Source: Rhina ancylostomus (taxonomy: Eukaryota). From it: DNA of 64,000 nucleotides. A model generated the notes under the pieces. It saw only the letters and a program-made list of their open reading frames with translations. It was not told the DNA's origin and did not search any database. This document shows positions 37,621 through 50,705 of the stretch, one piece after another. The stretch covers positions 75,784,240 to 75,848,239 of the forward strand of contig JARFYF010000052.1 in NCBI GenBank assembly GCA_030265395.1, given 5' to 3'. Both the position numbers and the translations under genes were made by a program. Numbering within the stretch: the stretch's first letter is position 1; every line of letters begins with the position of its first letter.

Positions 37621-39174
37621 TTTTATCTCAAGTTCCTTATTTTATGAAGGGGAAAATCAACCTTGGTCCTGACTATTAATTGTTATTCCCAAAATCCTCA
37701 ACAAGTTTAGGTCAATATTTTCCAGACTAATGAATGGAAAGTCATGGTGAGTGTGCAACTATTTCCCAATAGAAGTTCCTGCCAAGTCATTGCATGGTAC
37801 TGACAACACGCAGTAAGAAATTTTGCTCAATTATTTCAAATGAAGTCTGACCAGCAGTCTGAATATATTCTGAATTTTTCTTGCCTTTATATGGTTTACT
37901 TCATGCGATTAAATTCTTTTTGATCACTTTTTTGCACTTATGAATCAGTCTTCATTGTATAGGTGCACCAAATCTCACACCGTTGCACTTACTCAGTTAA
38001 TTCTGTACATCCATCTACTTCTCTTACATCTAAAGGATTCTAGCCCACATTTTGTTGTGATAAATTATATCTGCCATTATTCCACCAACTCACTTTAACT
38101 AGCTCCCTTTTTCCAATTTTCTGCTCTCATTTTCAAACATCTTTTACTTTGGTATCATCCATAAACTTGGACATACTCCCTTCTGTTCCTAAATTCTGGT
38201 CAATTGTACTGATGGTGTTATTTCTCAAATAACACTGGTGCTGGGATCCTTGCCAACCAGCAAAGGACGGAGCAAAAAGTGCTTGGAGAATTATAGACAC
38301 CCAGACAAAAGCCTGGACTCCAGCATTGATCTTTAAATCTTAGAGCTTTAAATCTTTAGGTCTTTAAATGACTACAAAATGTGTCCTTTTCCCAATTAAG
38401 CTTCTTGCCAAAGATTTTCTATTCAGAGTTTTGAGAATCTTTTTTATAAATGTCATAAATGTCCTAATTTTAGAGAGTAAGTTGGTTGAATGAAATATAA
38501 GACAGTGGAACTAGTTTTGGATTGCTTGAAGGACTAAGTGATCTCCTCCTGTGCTGTAATTGTTTACAATCCTATTACAGGATTCATTATCTCATTAACC
38601 AAAACAGAGAGAGAAAAGTGCTAACATTGTCCTGGACTTTGTTGGAAAATGACAGCAAAGCTGCCAATATTTTGCCAGGCAGCTGTTTGAGACTTCAGGA
38701 TTTCTATGAGGATGTGCACAGATATGAAGCTCCAAATATTTCCAATGCGATTCAATTATCAACCAGCACAGGAATATAATGGTTATACACCAATTATACA
38801 CCAACACTGGACTCCCTCTGATGTCTGGACTGGGTGTGGGAAGTTAAGGAGTTTCCACATTGTTTACAGACAACAATGTGAGAAAGGCGATGGATTTTAG
38901 CTTAAGGATATAGAGATTTATATTTATTTATACACAGCTTGAAAGATTTTTAGGGCAAGTATTCACAACCACTGTAAAGCTGTATTAAAGCATTCCCCTG
39001 AATTTTATTTTCAACCATGGCATATATGACATGTCAGCTACACATTTATTTTACAATCACAAATATGGAAAAACAAACTTTGAACATTTAGAGACAAGTC
39101 ATGGGTATGGCTTAGAAATCTATTGAGATATTTTTTTACTGTTTTTTGTTCATCATTATGTCATGCCATTACAG

Positions 39175-39208
39175 TATCCCCAAGGTCCTGCTGAGAGGTT
39201 CACCTGAG
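39175..39208 (+). other. Candidate 34-nt exon, host gene unidentified
   Basis: T-rich tract and ttacag acceptor, GAG|GTAAGT donor. One open frame (IPKVLLRGSPE). Confidence 0.3.
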
Positions 39209-40087
39209 GTAAGTTTTGAGTTATTTCAATAGTCAATACTGAGTGCGAGGGAAAGCATCAGACTGTGAATTCTAGCTTAATGCACCTGAAATAGATTTTA
39301 ACAATTAAAAAGTTACATAATCATTTGTGGGTGCATTTAGGAATGATGAGTGTGGGCAGTGGTAATGTTTGTGGACTAGAAAAAACAGACCTATTAATGT
39401 ACAAGTGGGGTTACACGGAGGTCAGGCTGGTTAAGGATAGGAGGTCCAAATATTACTGAGGTTCAGGAATCCATAGCAGGATTCAACAGAGGATACAATT
39501 GCTATGGCAATTTGACCTTACTTTTTTAAAAACTGGAAATAAAAAAGTTGGCATCAGCAAAGGTGACCACATAGTTGCCAGTTTGTTACAAAAATGCTTC
39601 CAGCTGATTGAGGAAGGGAACCCACTATTCTTAACTAACCTGCCCTACAGGTAACTACAAAAGTACATTACCTTGATTAATTCTTAATTGATTCTTCAGT
39701 GTTCCAGCAGACAGCAAGGGATGTGCAAGAAGTGCTCTCTGTGCCACTCTCACCAACATGAATGTGAAGAAAACATGCCTTTCTTGTTCTCCTTTACTGA
39801 GCAATGAATTNNNNNNNNNNNNNNNNNNNNNNNNNNNNNNNNNNNNNNNNNNNNNNNNNNNNNNNNNNNNNNNNNNNNNNNNNNNNNNNNNNNNNNNNNN
39901 NNNNNNNNNNNNNNNNNNNNNNNNNNNNNNNNNNNNNNNNNNNNNNNNNNNNNNNNNNNNNNNNNNNNNNNNNNNNNNNNNNNNNNNNNNNNNNNNNNNN
40001 NNNNNNNNNNNNNNNNNNNNNNNNNNNNNNNNNNNNNNNNNNNNNNNNNNNNNNNNNNNNNNNNNNNNNNNNNNNNNNNNNNNNNNN

Positions 40088-40199
40088 CTAGGCCCCTGAT
40101 GGGGCTCAGGTGTGTGTCATTATACAATCAGTCCAGCATGGAATCCATGTGCTGTACAACAAGGAGCCAATTCAAGGACCAGTACTCAGAACCATGACA
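40088..40199 (-). mobile_element. LTR family A, partial (remainder probably in the 277-N gap)
   Basis: Matches 45098-45218 and ends ccatgaca. The gap length is close to the ~286 bp of missing LTR. Confidence 0.8.
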
Positions 40200-41392
40200 G
40201 TGACAGAATGTACAGTATTAAGATTGTTGTCAGAAGAGTTACCTGCACAGTTTGACCATTAAAGTTTGCACACTAAAGATTATTTCCTGACCACAACAAA
40301 AACATTGGGGCTGGATTTGGTTGTGAATTATTGAACAATATTTTGAATTCGCAGGGCAAACACCATGCCAAAAGTTTCTCGTGTGGTTCCTGAAATATTG
40401 TGCAGCAAAATGCAGCAACACGAGATGTGCTGAGATCATTTAGGAATGATGGGTGAGAAAGGGGCAGTAAACTTGTGGTGGAAAAGGCCTGGGAGGTGGG
40501 GAAGAATTAAGACCTCAAGGATCAGGTCAGGGCTGGGCAGGGGGTGTCACTATCAGCTGAGAGGAGAGAATGGGAGGTGGGATCACTATTGGGAGAGCAT
40601 ACAGCTCAGTATTGTGGCTGGATGAGTGGATCTGAGATGACACTGATGTCTTTGGATGTTTTGTTTCCTTCAAGCTGTTTCCCAGTGCTGGACCCCACAG
40701 GCTGGATGCCACTTAGGACCTTCTGCCTTAAATTACATCAACGCTTGTCACATGGAGACCTGCATTTGTGTGAGTGCTCTGTGCAGTCTGCAGGTGCCAA
40801 TGAAGTTCATGCAAGGTCCAGTTGTGAATTGCAATTTACTATGCATGTTGAGATGATTCAGTCTCTTATTGCATCAGAACAATTTAACGGAAAATTGTAG
40901 ATTTTATACACTGTGCAGTAAATACCCGGCTGGGAGCCATTTTGCGAAGCAATTCTATCTCAAAATGTATGTATACATTTTGTGGTTCGACTGAAATGCA
41001 CAATAATTTTGAAAAAGCATTTTGCTTATGGCTCTGCTCCATTCATTATACAAAGTTTACAGTTTAGAAATGGTCTATTCAGCCCAGAAACAGTCTCTCA
41101 CTCTTCTATATATCCCTCTGTTCCTTTCTCTGTTATGTCCTCATCCAGCTTCCCTTTGAATGCTTCAGTGGTAGAATGCAACTTGGTTTGGAAGAAAAAG
41201 TCGCCATATCCATAATTTAAAAATTACTTCATCCCTCACTAAATGAAGATTTTCAGAAGAAAGCATTTAAATTTATTGGCTAATGTTCTGAATCACAGTT
41301 TCAAGACTGGAGAGAAAATTGGAGGGGCCTAAATGGGAGAGTTCACAAACTGCCTCAAAGGTCAGGCCTGGATCCATAGTTATAAGGGATAC

Positions 41393-41661
41393 AAGATACC
41401 TTTATTAGTCACATGCACATTGAAACACACAGTGAAATGGGGGCAGCCTGCAAGTGTTGTCACATTTCCGGCGCCAACAATAGCATGCCCACAACTTCCT
41501 AACCCATATGTCTTTGGAATGTGGGTGGAAACCTGAGCACCCGGAGGAAACCCACACAGACACGGGGAGAACATACAAACTCCTTACAGATAGTGGCCGG
41601 AATGGAACCTGGGTTGCTGACGCTGTAATAGCGTTATGCTGACCACTACACTACCTTGCCT
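41393..41661 (-). mobile_element. tRNA-derived V-domain SINE
   Basis: Homologous along its length to 10956-11235 and 46701-46996. Confidence 0.88.
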
Positions 41662-41799
41662 GCACCTCCATTGCTGACCTATACAATAGGTTTCAAAACT
41701 GGGTAGTTGGAGAAACAGTTGGCGGGACAGCAGAGGCACAGGGCCATTGGGTGGGGCACAGAAATAAAAAACAAATACCTTTGAAATGGTTGTAGCAAA

Positions 41800-43030
41800 A
41801 TTAGTTTGGGTACCTCTGACCCAGATAAAAGGAAAGCGTCCAAATTTGCTGATGATGTAAAGCTAGGTAAATATAGGGAGCTGTGAGAAGAATTCAAAAT
41901 TGAGACAAGTTAAGCAAATGAATAAGGTGGCAATAAATAGAGAATAATGTGGAAAAATCCAGTGCTATTTGCTTTGGCAGAAAGAACAGAAAAAGGAGAA
42001 TACTTGCTTAAATGGTGGAAAACTAATAAATGTAGACAGTGGGATCTTGGTGTGCTAATCCATAAAACATAGCAAGTTATCATGTAGGTACTGCAATCAA
42101 TAAGAAGCTAAGATGAATGTTTTCATTTATTGCAGAGAGTTTGGAATACAAGAGATCATAGCTGGAGTACTATGTGCAGTTTTGGTCACCATATCGACTT
42201 GCTTTGGAGACAGTGTACAATGGATTCACTAGATTGAATCTAGGATGAGGTTATTGTCCAGTATAGAAGGATTACCTATACTGTCTGGAAGAATGAGAGA
42301 TTGAAAAATCCTTGCCCTCAATGAGACAGAACAAGGATTAAAAGGTGTTTTTTTTTGCTCCTACCTGGACCTAGAGAAAGCATGGGCCATGGACCTAACT
42401 TACACTGCAACGACTCCTTGATTGGCCTATTGAAGAATTTTGGACACTCTTTTCTACAGATGTCCTGAGCCATCAAAGAGTTTCGTTCATGACCTCCAGC
42501 CATTGTAGAGATTGTGGAGAATGTAATTCAGAGGGGATTGCTGGAGTGTGATACGGAAGGTCAGAGAGAGGATCAACAACAATGGGTAGTCACAGAAAGA
42601 AGATATTGCAGCAAGTGCAGGCAGTGAGAGCAACCAGCAATCCTCATGTGGGCTCTGTTTGCAGGATTGGCATCAAATGAGCCTTATGCACCATCTGACA
42701 ATACTGTGAATGGACACATATTCCTCTTTCTGCTGCCAGCAACAATTATGACTTGTAGTCTTCTGCTCCAACCTGAAAATGGCCCTCCAACCCTAAAGAT
42801 TTGTATACTCTTGGCCTAGAGTTAAGGATCAAAGCCAACTTTTATATCAAATGAGAAGAACTTTTTCCTGGAGGATTGTGAATCTCTGCTGTTCTCAATG
42901 CTGGAACACTGTGGAAACCTAGTTCAAGGAAATCAAAAGATGTAGGGATCAGGCTAGTAAGTGGAGTTGAGATATAAATCAGCCGGTGGAATTAATGAGA
43001 GACTCTTTTGCCTACTTCTGTTCCTTACAC
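41800..43030 (+). mobile_element. Degenerate CR1 fragments, interrupted at ~42300-42840
   Basis: SKFADDVKLG and LEYYVQFWSPY, with a CR1-like tail near 43010-43030. Confidence 0.65.
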
Positions 43031-44331
43031 CACTACTGTAAATATATTTGATCATCTTTAAAATAATTCTCCTCTGATTTACTGATCATGGCTTTGCCAC
43101 TCATAAATTTTACTTTTGTTTGTAAATTATCCCTTCTGGCCTTGGGTTGGGTGACCATGTGTTAAGATCCTCTGTTCCATCTGTAGGGGTGACTCCAGTG
43201 ACTTTGCTTTGTTTTCCTGTCCAAGCAGTCCTTTTGGACTCTCTACCTTTGACATGTCCCAATGAAGTCCAATGCAAGCTGAAGCCGTGGATCATTTATT
43301 GGAACACTGAGGTGCACAGGTGGTCTTCATCTTCTGCCAGACACCTTGACTTTTGCGATTTCTAAATTCTATATTCTGCAGATTAGCCTTTGCGTTATTG
43401 TTTTTCAAAATAGATTCTACCATTTTTAATGATTTACAATCTATATCCCCACAACCATACACTTATTTTCTTAATTTGGTTATCATTTAACACTAAAGAG
43501 GTTGTTCCATTTTGTCATGTTTCCTATGTCCTTTCCTAACAGGCTGTGTGTCCCTGTGTGTGTCTGTCTCCGTGTGTGTGTGTCCCCACTTTCCTGCACC
43601 ATACCTTTACAAATAATGTACCTTGAAATAATGTAGATGAAACATTCATCTAAAATTTTTAATAGTGATTTTTCTTTCAAAATGCTAATTGATCTCCAGA
43701 GCATTTTCCGTTTGTTTCAAACTTCCAGTTGTCCTCTTGCTTTCCTAGGAACAAGAGGAATCCTTGGACACAGCCACAGCTGAAAATCAGGTGGGCAGGT
43801 TCACAGAGAAAACCTAAGTTCATCTTAGCAAATGAAATTTAGGTAGACAGGATGGAAGTTTCTTTGTCTCTGATGCAATCGGATGAACTTTGCCATTCAA
43901 GAACAGGAAGAGGAAATTATGTCCAGTATAGCCTTGAGTAAAAGCTGGGCAATCAGCTGCCAGCAGCTGTAGGTTTATGGACAACCTCAGGAACAAATGC
44001 AGCATCAATCTTTGTCAGTAATTGTCACAATGTTGAGCAAAGAGCAAGCTCTCAGAGAACCCAAATGCAGCACACTGGTACAGGACTGGAATCAAGATAC
44101 TTCCTCAGGACCAAACACAGGGAGCAACTGGAAGGAATGTTGCCTCAGGGATCTGAGGAATCCCAACACAAACTGGATATCCAAAGAGGAACAGAGAACA
44201 CAGGACTGCTCTAGAGTAGACCACTCTAAGCNNNNNNNNNNNNNNNNNNNNNNNNNNNNNNNNNNNNNNNNNNNNNNNNNNNNNNNNNNNNNNNNNNNNN
44301 NNNNNNNNNNNNNNNNNNNNNNNNNNNNNNN

Positions 44332-44550
44332 TCGAATTGCTGTCCCAGACCATGATACAACCAGTCAGGACACTTCCAACAGTACATCTGGGTTAATGTA
44401 GGATTATTGGAAAAGGGTGGTCGATGGTTGGCATGGAGTTTGTCAGAGTGTTCGTTGACAAGCCGAACCTCCTAAGAAAGTAAAGACACTGGCGTGCTTT
44501 CCATGTGATTACATCTGTGTGCTGGGCCCAGCACAGGTTGTCCAAGATGT
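44332..44550 (-). mobile_element. Rex1/Babar RT fragment inside the LTR element
   Basis: ILDNLCWAQHTDVITWKARQCLYFLRRFGLSTNTLTN. Confidence 0.75.
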
Positions 44551-44678
44551 CCCTTCCTGAGCTAGTCCCATTGTTGTGAAACAGATTCAGGGTCTCAAAA
44601 GGCAAGGACTCTGAACACAGTCTGGAGATGAATGATTTATTTACGAAAGAGCATGGGAAAATCACAACAGGGGTCTCA

Positions 44679-44680
<2 letters not shown>

Positions 44681-44718
<38 letters not shown>
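44681..44718. repeat. (CA)n microsatellite
   Basis: Perfect CA run. Confidence 0.95.
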
Positions 44719-44722
<4 letters not shown>

Positions 44723-46315
44723 CAAGGAAAAACAATTCAATACGCACCACCCCTTGACTCAGTGCAGGCAAGGCTCCGTGCTACCAGGGACACCAACTAA
44801 AATGCTCCCAATGTCACAATGTTGAGCAAGAGCAAGCTCACAGAGACCAAATGCAGCACACTGGAGTACAGGACTGGAGTCAGGATACTTCCTCAGGACC
44901 AAACACAGGCAGCGACTGGAAGGAATCTTGCCTTGGAGATCTGAGGAGGAATCCCAACACGAACTGGATATTCAGAGAGGAGCAGAGAACGCAGGACTGC
45001 TCTAGAGTTGACCACTCTAAGCAGCCAGGAGCCAACGTATACCCAAAGGTGGACCAATACACTGGCAACTAGTGCTAGAGAAATCCAGGTACTTATGCTA
45101 GGCCCCTGATGGGGCTCAGGTGTGTGTCATTATACAGTCAGTCCAGCATGGAATCCATGTGCTGTACAACAAGGCATCTAAGGAGCCAAATCAAGGGCCA
45201 GTAATCAGAACCATGATAGTAATCTCCATTTCCAGCAAAATAGTATAAGTCATTGATTACATATAAAGCATGATAAATAACATGGAAAGGCATAATGCCA
45301 TATTTTGCATTTTAAGCTCATTTATTTTGACTCACAGTATGGTATGCTTATTTGCATATATAAATATTGTTTTGAACATTAAATTGGACAACTGCAAGCT
45401 ATTTAAATGATTTTATTCTAAAATATTCTGTTGTAAAAACCATATTATGTTTACATTTCAACCTGTCATCTTATCTTACACCAGCAATTCAATTCAAACT
45501 ACCAGTTTGGTAGTAGTAATAACACTGAATGCAGCATTGGAAGTAAAGTCCTGTAAGTAAAACCTAGAGGGCCAGATAATGATTGGCAGAGCTAAAAGGA
45601 CAAGGTGAAAAATCGTTTTAATGATTTATTACTGAAAATGCAAAACAAACTAATAGTGAATAAGTTTACCCAAATATTAAACGATTGCATCAATACTAAT
45701 AAAAAAATATAATTTTTGTTAAGACTTTGTCCAATAACAATTATGATATTGGGTGGTAATACTGGAGGTTTCAGAGAAGTAATTACTTATGACAAAATAG
45801 TAACTTAATACGGCAAATTTTATTGTGTGTAGCAATTCCAAAGAGAACTGGCAGCATTAGCCACTCTGCAGTAAGTCGCAGACGTACTCAAAGCCACTGT
45901 AAGTCTGAGCCCTTGTCAGCGCTCAATGAATGGACTCCACATAGCCAAGCTGAACTATACTGGGATTCCCTAACATTACACTGGGCAAAGTGCCTCTGCC
46001 ATGTTTTCACAGCCAGATCCGGGTTGGATCAGAGTCCCCATTCATATAAATGGAGATTCCCCAACCTATAGATAAGGTGCGAACAGGTAAGTTCAATCAT
46101 TTCTTTTACTCACTTTAGTTTATTATAATACTTTCCATTATTTCTTAGTGATTTAATGTATTTTTATTAATTCCCATCTTTTTTTATTCTTTAAAACTAT
46201 CTTGGTACTTTCAATACTGTTTAAAAGAAGCTCCAACCTTTGATAAAAGAGGCTCCACCCTCAGCCTTGTCTCTAGTCAAAGGTTGCCTGGTTACGGCAT
46301 AGGCCATAGTCCACA

Positions 46316-46627
46316 GGGCGGCACGGTAGTGTAGCAGTTAGCGTAACACTATTACAGTGCCAGCAATCGGGGTTCAATTCCCGCCATGGTCTGTAAGGAG
46401 TTTGTACGTTCTCCCCGTGTCTGCGTGGGTTTCCTCCGGGTGCTCCGGTTTCNNNNNNNNNNNNNNNNNNNNNNNNNNNNNNNNNNNNNNNNNNNNNNNN
46501 NNNNNNNNNNNNNNNNNNNNNNNNNNNNNNNNNNNNNNNNNNNNNNNNNNNNGGAGTTTGTACGTTCTCCCCGTGTCTGCGTGGGTTTCCTCCGGGTGCT
46601 CCGGTTTCCTCCCACATTCCAAGGACA
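46316..46627 (+). mobile_element. tRNA-derived V-domain SINE, 3'-truncated; part duplicated across a gap
   Basis: A-box-like tagtgtagcag, B box GGTTCAATTCC (46371-46381) and V-core gtgggtttcctccgggtgctccggtttcctccc. Confidence 0.88.
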
Positions 46628-46700
46628 TAAGAGAATATACGTCCATACATACGAAACAGAATTAGCATTTGAGGTTGATGAAGTGTGTCCAACCTGAAAT

Positions 46701-46996
46701 AAGATATCTTTATTAGTCACGTGTACATTGAAACACTGAGTGAAATGCATCTTTTGCATAGAGTGTTCTGGGGGCAGCCCACAAGTGTCACCACGCTTCT
46801 GGAGCCAACATAGCATGCCCACAACTTCCTAACCTGTACGTCCTTGGAATGTGGCAGGAAACCAGAGCACCCAGAGGAAACCCATGCAGACATGGGGAGA
46901 ACGCACAAACTCCTCACAGACAGCAGCCAGAATTGAATCTGGGTCACTGACGCTGTAATAGTGTTATGCTAGCCACTACGATACCATGCCTGCCCC
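46701..46996 (-). mobile_element. tRNA-derived V-domain SINE, full length
   Basis: Same family as the 10956 and 41393 copies. Tail gtacacgtgactaataaagatatc on the minus strand. Confidence 0.88.
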
Positions 46997-47519
46997 CTGT
47001 TCCTCTCTCCACAAACGTTGCCTGATCTGCTGAGTGCTTTCAGCACTTTCTGCAACTTTGAAAAGCATAGTAAAAAGGAAGGAGGCCACTCAATGCGTTG
47101 AATCAGCAATAGATCTTTCAAAAAGAAAGTCCCACTCCCCTCTTTTTTTCCCATATTCCTGCAATTCTTTCCTTCTTTGACTGTTTATCCAATTCCCCTT
47201 TGAATCTGTAGCCATCATCTGGATCAGGCAGTGCATAACACATCCTCACAATTTGCAGCATAAGAAGATTTTCCTCATGTCACCTCTGGTATTACAAATC
47301 TCGATCCCTTGCTATAAGCCCTTTAACCATTTGAATCTAAGTACAAATTATCAAATAAGTTAATAAGGCATACGTTTAGAAATTCTTCCCTGCTTGGTAG
47401 TGCTCCATACACTATATTAGAGGCATTCCACTCTGACTCCATTATGTTCAATGAAACCAAATTTCAAAAGTAACACACATAGTATCAGACTGACGCTGAA
47501 TTTATAAGCAATAGAAACT

Positions 47520-48120
47520 GGAGTTACTGAAATACATAAACTAGAAAGTTAGGCTACACCTTTATAAAACATTGGTTGAGCTACTTTCGGACTATTATGT
47601 TTTGATAGGTGATCGCATTTTAGGAAACACAAGAGTGTATTCTAAAGAGAAAGAAAAATCACTGAAATGGTTTCTGGTTTGAGGAATTTTTGTTGCTTAG
47701 ATACACTGGTGGAGCTGGGAGTTTTCTCCTATGAGGAAAAGATACAAGAAGGAGATTTGATAAGGTTGTTTAAAGACATGAACACATGAACAGTATGCAG
47801 TGTAAACAAAGAGGAATACTTCCAATGGCTGGAAGATCAAAAACCAGAGGGCACAGATGTAAGATGACTGGTAATAAATCCAGAGGCAAAAGGTCTGGTT
47901 AGGAATCTTTACAGAATCTGTGTTTATGATTTGGAATGCATATCCACTAATGTAGTGCATTAGACTTCAACTGTAGCCTTCAAAGGAGAATTAGATAAAT
48001 ATTTGAAAATGGAAAAAATATCATGACAATGAAAAGGACCCAATAGTGGGAATAACTGGAATGCCCTTTTGGTCTGCATGGTCTCCTTCTCATCTGTTTT
48101 CCTGAATGAATCTATGATCA
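47520..48120 (+). mobile_element. Degenerate CR1 3' fragment
   Basis: LYKTLVELLSDYYV-like and gcctTcaaaggagaattagataaatatttg segments typical of the CR1 ORF2 end. Confidence 0.6.
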
Positions 48121-48214
48121 AGGAATTTATGCCAAGATATAGAAAGGTCTCCTACAGTGTAATCAAGTAATGGTATGATATTTGTAGAAACATTTCATTT
48201 GACCTTTGCATCAC

Positions 48215-49160
48215 TTTCCTCCCACCACATCTCAACCTCCTCCTAAGTCCACATTACAGAGTCAGCCTTCAGCCAACTTCAAATCACTCAATATGATGTC
48301 AAGGACTGGCTAAGAAAACTGAGTATGACAAAAATTTAACTTCCATCAGTAGCTCAGCCATTGAAAGTCAATTGTCACAACTCAGTGCAGAATCCTAGGC
48401 TCCAACATAATCAGCTGCTTTTCATCCCTATTACATTCGCAAGATGGATGCTGAATGATGATCGTCTCATGCTCATTTCTATTTGCAATTTTTGAGACAA
48501 AACAGCAGTCCATCTTCGTTTGCAACAAAACCTACATCACATTCAGGCATAGGCTGAGAAGTAGCATGTAACACAGGTATCACAGAAGTGCAAGGATACA
48601 ACTATCTCCAACAAGAAAGCGATACTCAGTGGCATGACCATTAGTGGATCCACACAATAAGCTTCAGATACAACTGGAACAACCCCATAAATATGTTGAC
48701 TGCAAGATCAGATCAGAGGCCACATATTCTACAGTAAATTACTCACCACTAAAGTCTGGCTAAATCAGAATCTGATGGAATATTTTCTGCTTGCCTGGGT
48801 GAATACAGACAAAGCAGCCTGCTTGATTGGCACCCCATCTGCCACTTTAAATCTCCACTTCCTCTACCACCAGAGCACTGTAGTTGTGTGTATATCAAAT
48901 ACAAAATGCCCAGTAGAAACTCACTGAGAGTATTTTGATAACAACTCCCAAACCTGCAAAATCTACAATCTCAAGGACAATGCCAACAAGCATATTAGGA
49001 ACACAATACTTCAATGTTTCCTCCAAATGACACACTATCTTCCACATTGCATCCTGTACTTCCAAGTTCATGGCATTTGCCTATTTCAAAACTGTACCTT
49101 TACTGCCACGTTTCAGTCTTTAAACTGCATCGACATCAGCAATGGTTCAAGCACTAATGA
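48215..49160 (+). mobile_element. Very old CR1-type LINE relic with internal deletions
   Basis: Degenerate cttcagccaacttcaaatcactcaatatgatgtcaag and ILGSNIISCF (the VLGPTIFSCFIND motif) segments. Confidence 0.45.
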
Positions 49161-50315
49161 TATGTACTGAACAGTGTAATCTCCATTTCATTTTNNNNNN
49201 NNNNTAATAACAGTGATATCTTCCTCAAAGACCCTGGGAAAATGGATGGTCATTGGCTCTTTATTAAATAAATAAAATACTTACAACATCAGGGACAACA
49301 GTTTCTTTGTCTGACTTTCCAACATTTTCACCACAGGGACAGGCACACTTCTAGCAGGCTCTACACTTAACAATGTTGCAAGAACATAAAGAGCAGTTAG
49401 TCACATGATAAAATTCTTAAAGTAATAATAATATTGCAAATGGCACATATGCTACATTCACACAACTCTTATGCAACTTTCACAAACAGCATTAGAGTGA
49501 TACACATCACAACTTTAATGCCCAATAAATAATGTACAGCAAGAAACAAATTGCTGGAGGAACTCAAAGGGCTGAGCAGCCTCTGTGGGGGGGGGGGGGG
49601 GGGGAANNNNNNNNNNNNNNNNNNNNNNNNNNNNNNNNNNNNNNNNNNNNNNNNNNNNNNNNNNNNNNNNNNNNNNNNCAGAGTCAAAGTGACGATCACA
49701 GCTGAAAAAAAAAAGTTTAAAGCAAACTGAATGGGAGCTGTTAGAAGCAGGAGTTTCAATTCCACATTAAAGCCATTGACCAGCCCACATTCTGATTGTA
49801 ACATTAGTCGTTTTGCAATTGACCTCCACCTCAGTCATCCCTTTTATGGCTTTTATCCCTCAATCATCTCCCTTCTAAAAATGTTTTGACCAACCAGAGG
49901 TTCAGTACCCTCTTCTCATCATTCAAATGAGGTCTAAAGCTGTACGTGCCAGAAAGATGCATTGATCAACTACTTCTCTGAGGTGAGAGTGCTATTGTTG
50001 GATCAGCATCATTTGTGTTCGGATCAGGAAAGTAGCAGAGCTCTGTAAAAAGTCTGGATGCCAGTTGGTAATTCTGGGTTCAGAAATGATGGCTGGCAGT
50101 ACTCCCGAACAAGGACAAGGCATAGTCATGGGCAATACTCACTGGTTGAAGTGCTGGACAGAGCCTAAGGTTTGCAGAACCTTAGCCCAGCAGAGTCAAG
50201 AGGAGACAGATGGAGAATTTTTACTTAGTGATTCAGCCAGTTTGTTTTTTCACTCAAAATAAAAATATTCTGGTTGCTGGAAATCTAAAACATAAACAGA
50301 ACGTTTTGAAAATAG

Positions 50316-50705
50316 AGACTGCAGATGCTGGAAATCTGCAGCAATGAACACAGACTGCTGGAGGAACTCAGCAGGTCAGGCAGCATCAATGGAGGGAAAT
50401 GAACAGTCAACATTTTGGGCCGAGACCCTTCATCAGGACTGGAAGGGAAGAAGGCAGATGCCAGAATGAAAGGGTGGGGGGGAGGGCGAGCTGGCAGGTG
50501 ATAGGTGAGAGAGGGAAGGTAGGTAGTGGGGTGGGGTAAAAGAGAATGATGTGAGAAACGAGGTGGTGATAGGTGGAAAAGGCAAAGGGCTGAAGAAATA
50601 GGAATCTGATAGGAGAGGACAGTAGGCCATGGAATAAAGGGAAGGTAGTCAGGTTGTGAGGGTGAGGGAGGGGAAAGAGAAGGGGTCATAGGAATGAGGG
50701 AAAAC
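50316..50705 (-). mobile_element. Penelope-like 3' UTR/pLTR with decayed hammerhead (50404-50441)
   Basis: Minus strand cagtc-CTGATGA-agggtctcggccc-AAAAT-gtt-gactg. Homologous to 55240-55600. Confidence 0.8.

Larger units (their letters stand above)
44023..45218 (-). mobile_element. Two-LTR element (family A) with 5-bp TSD GTAAT and short or gapped interior
   Basis: Direct LTR copies at 44023->44231 (runs into a gap) and 44812-45218. GTAAT at 44018-44022 and 45219-45223. Strand is inferred. Confidence 0.75.

Noticed and set aside
46316-46390. tRNA gene (A and B boxes)
   Set aside because: It is the tRNA-derived head of a SINE that continues into the V-domain and recurs four times.
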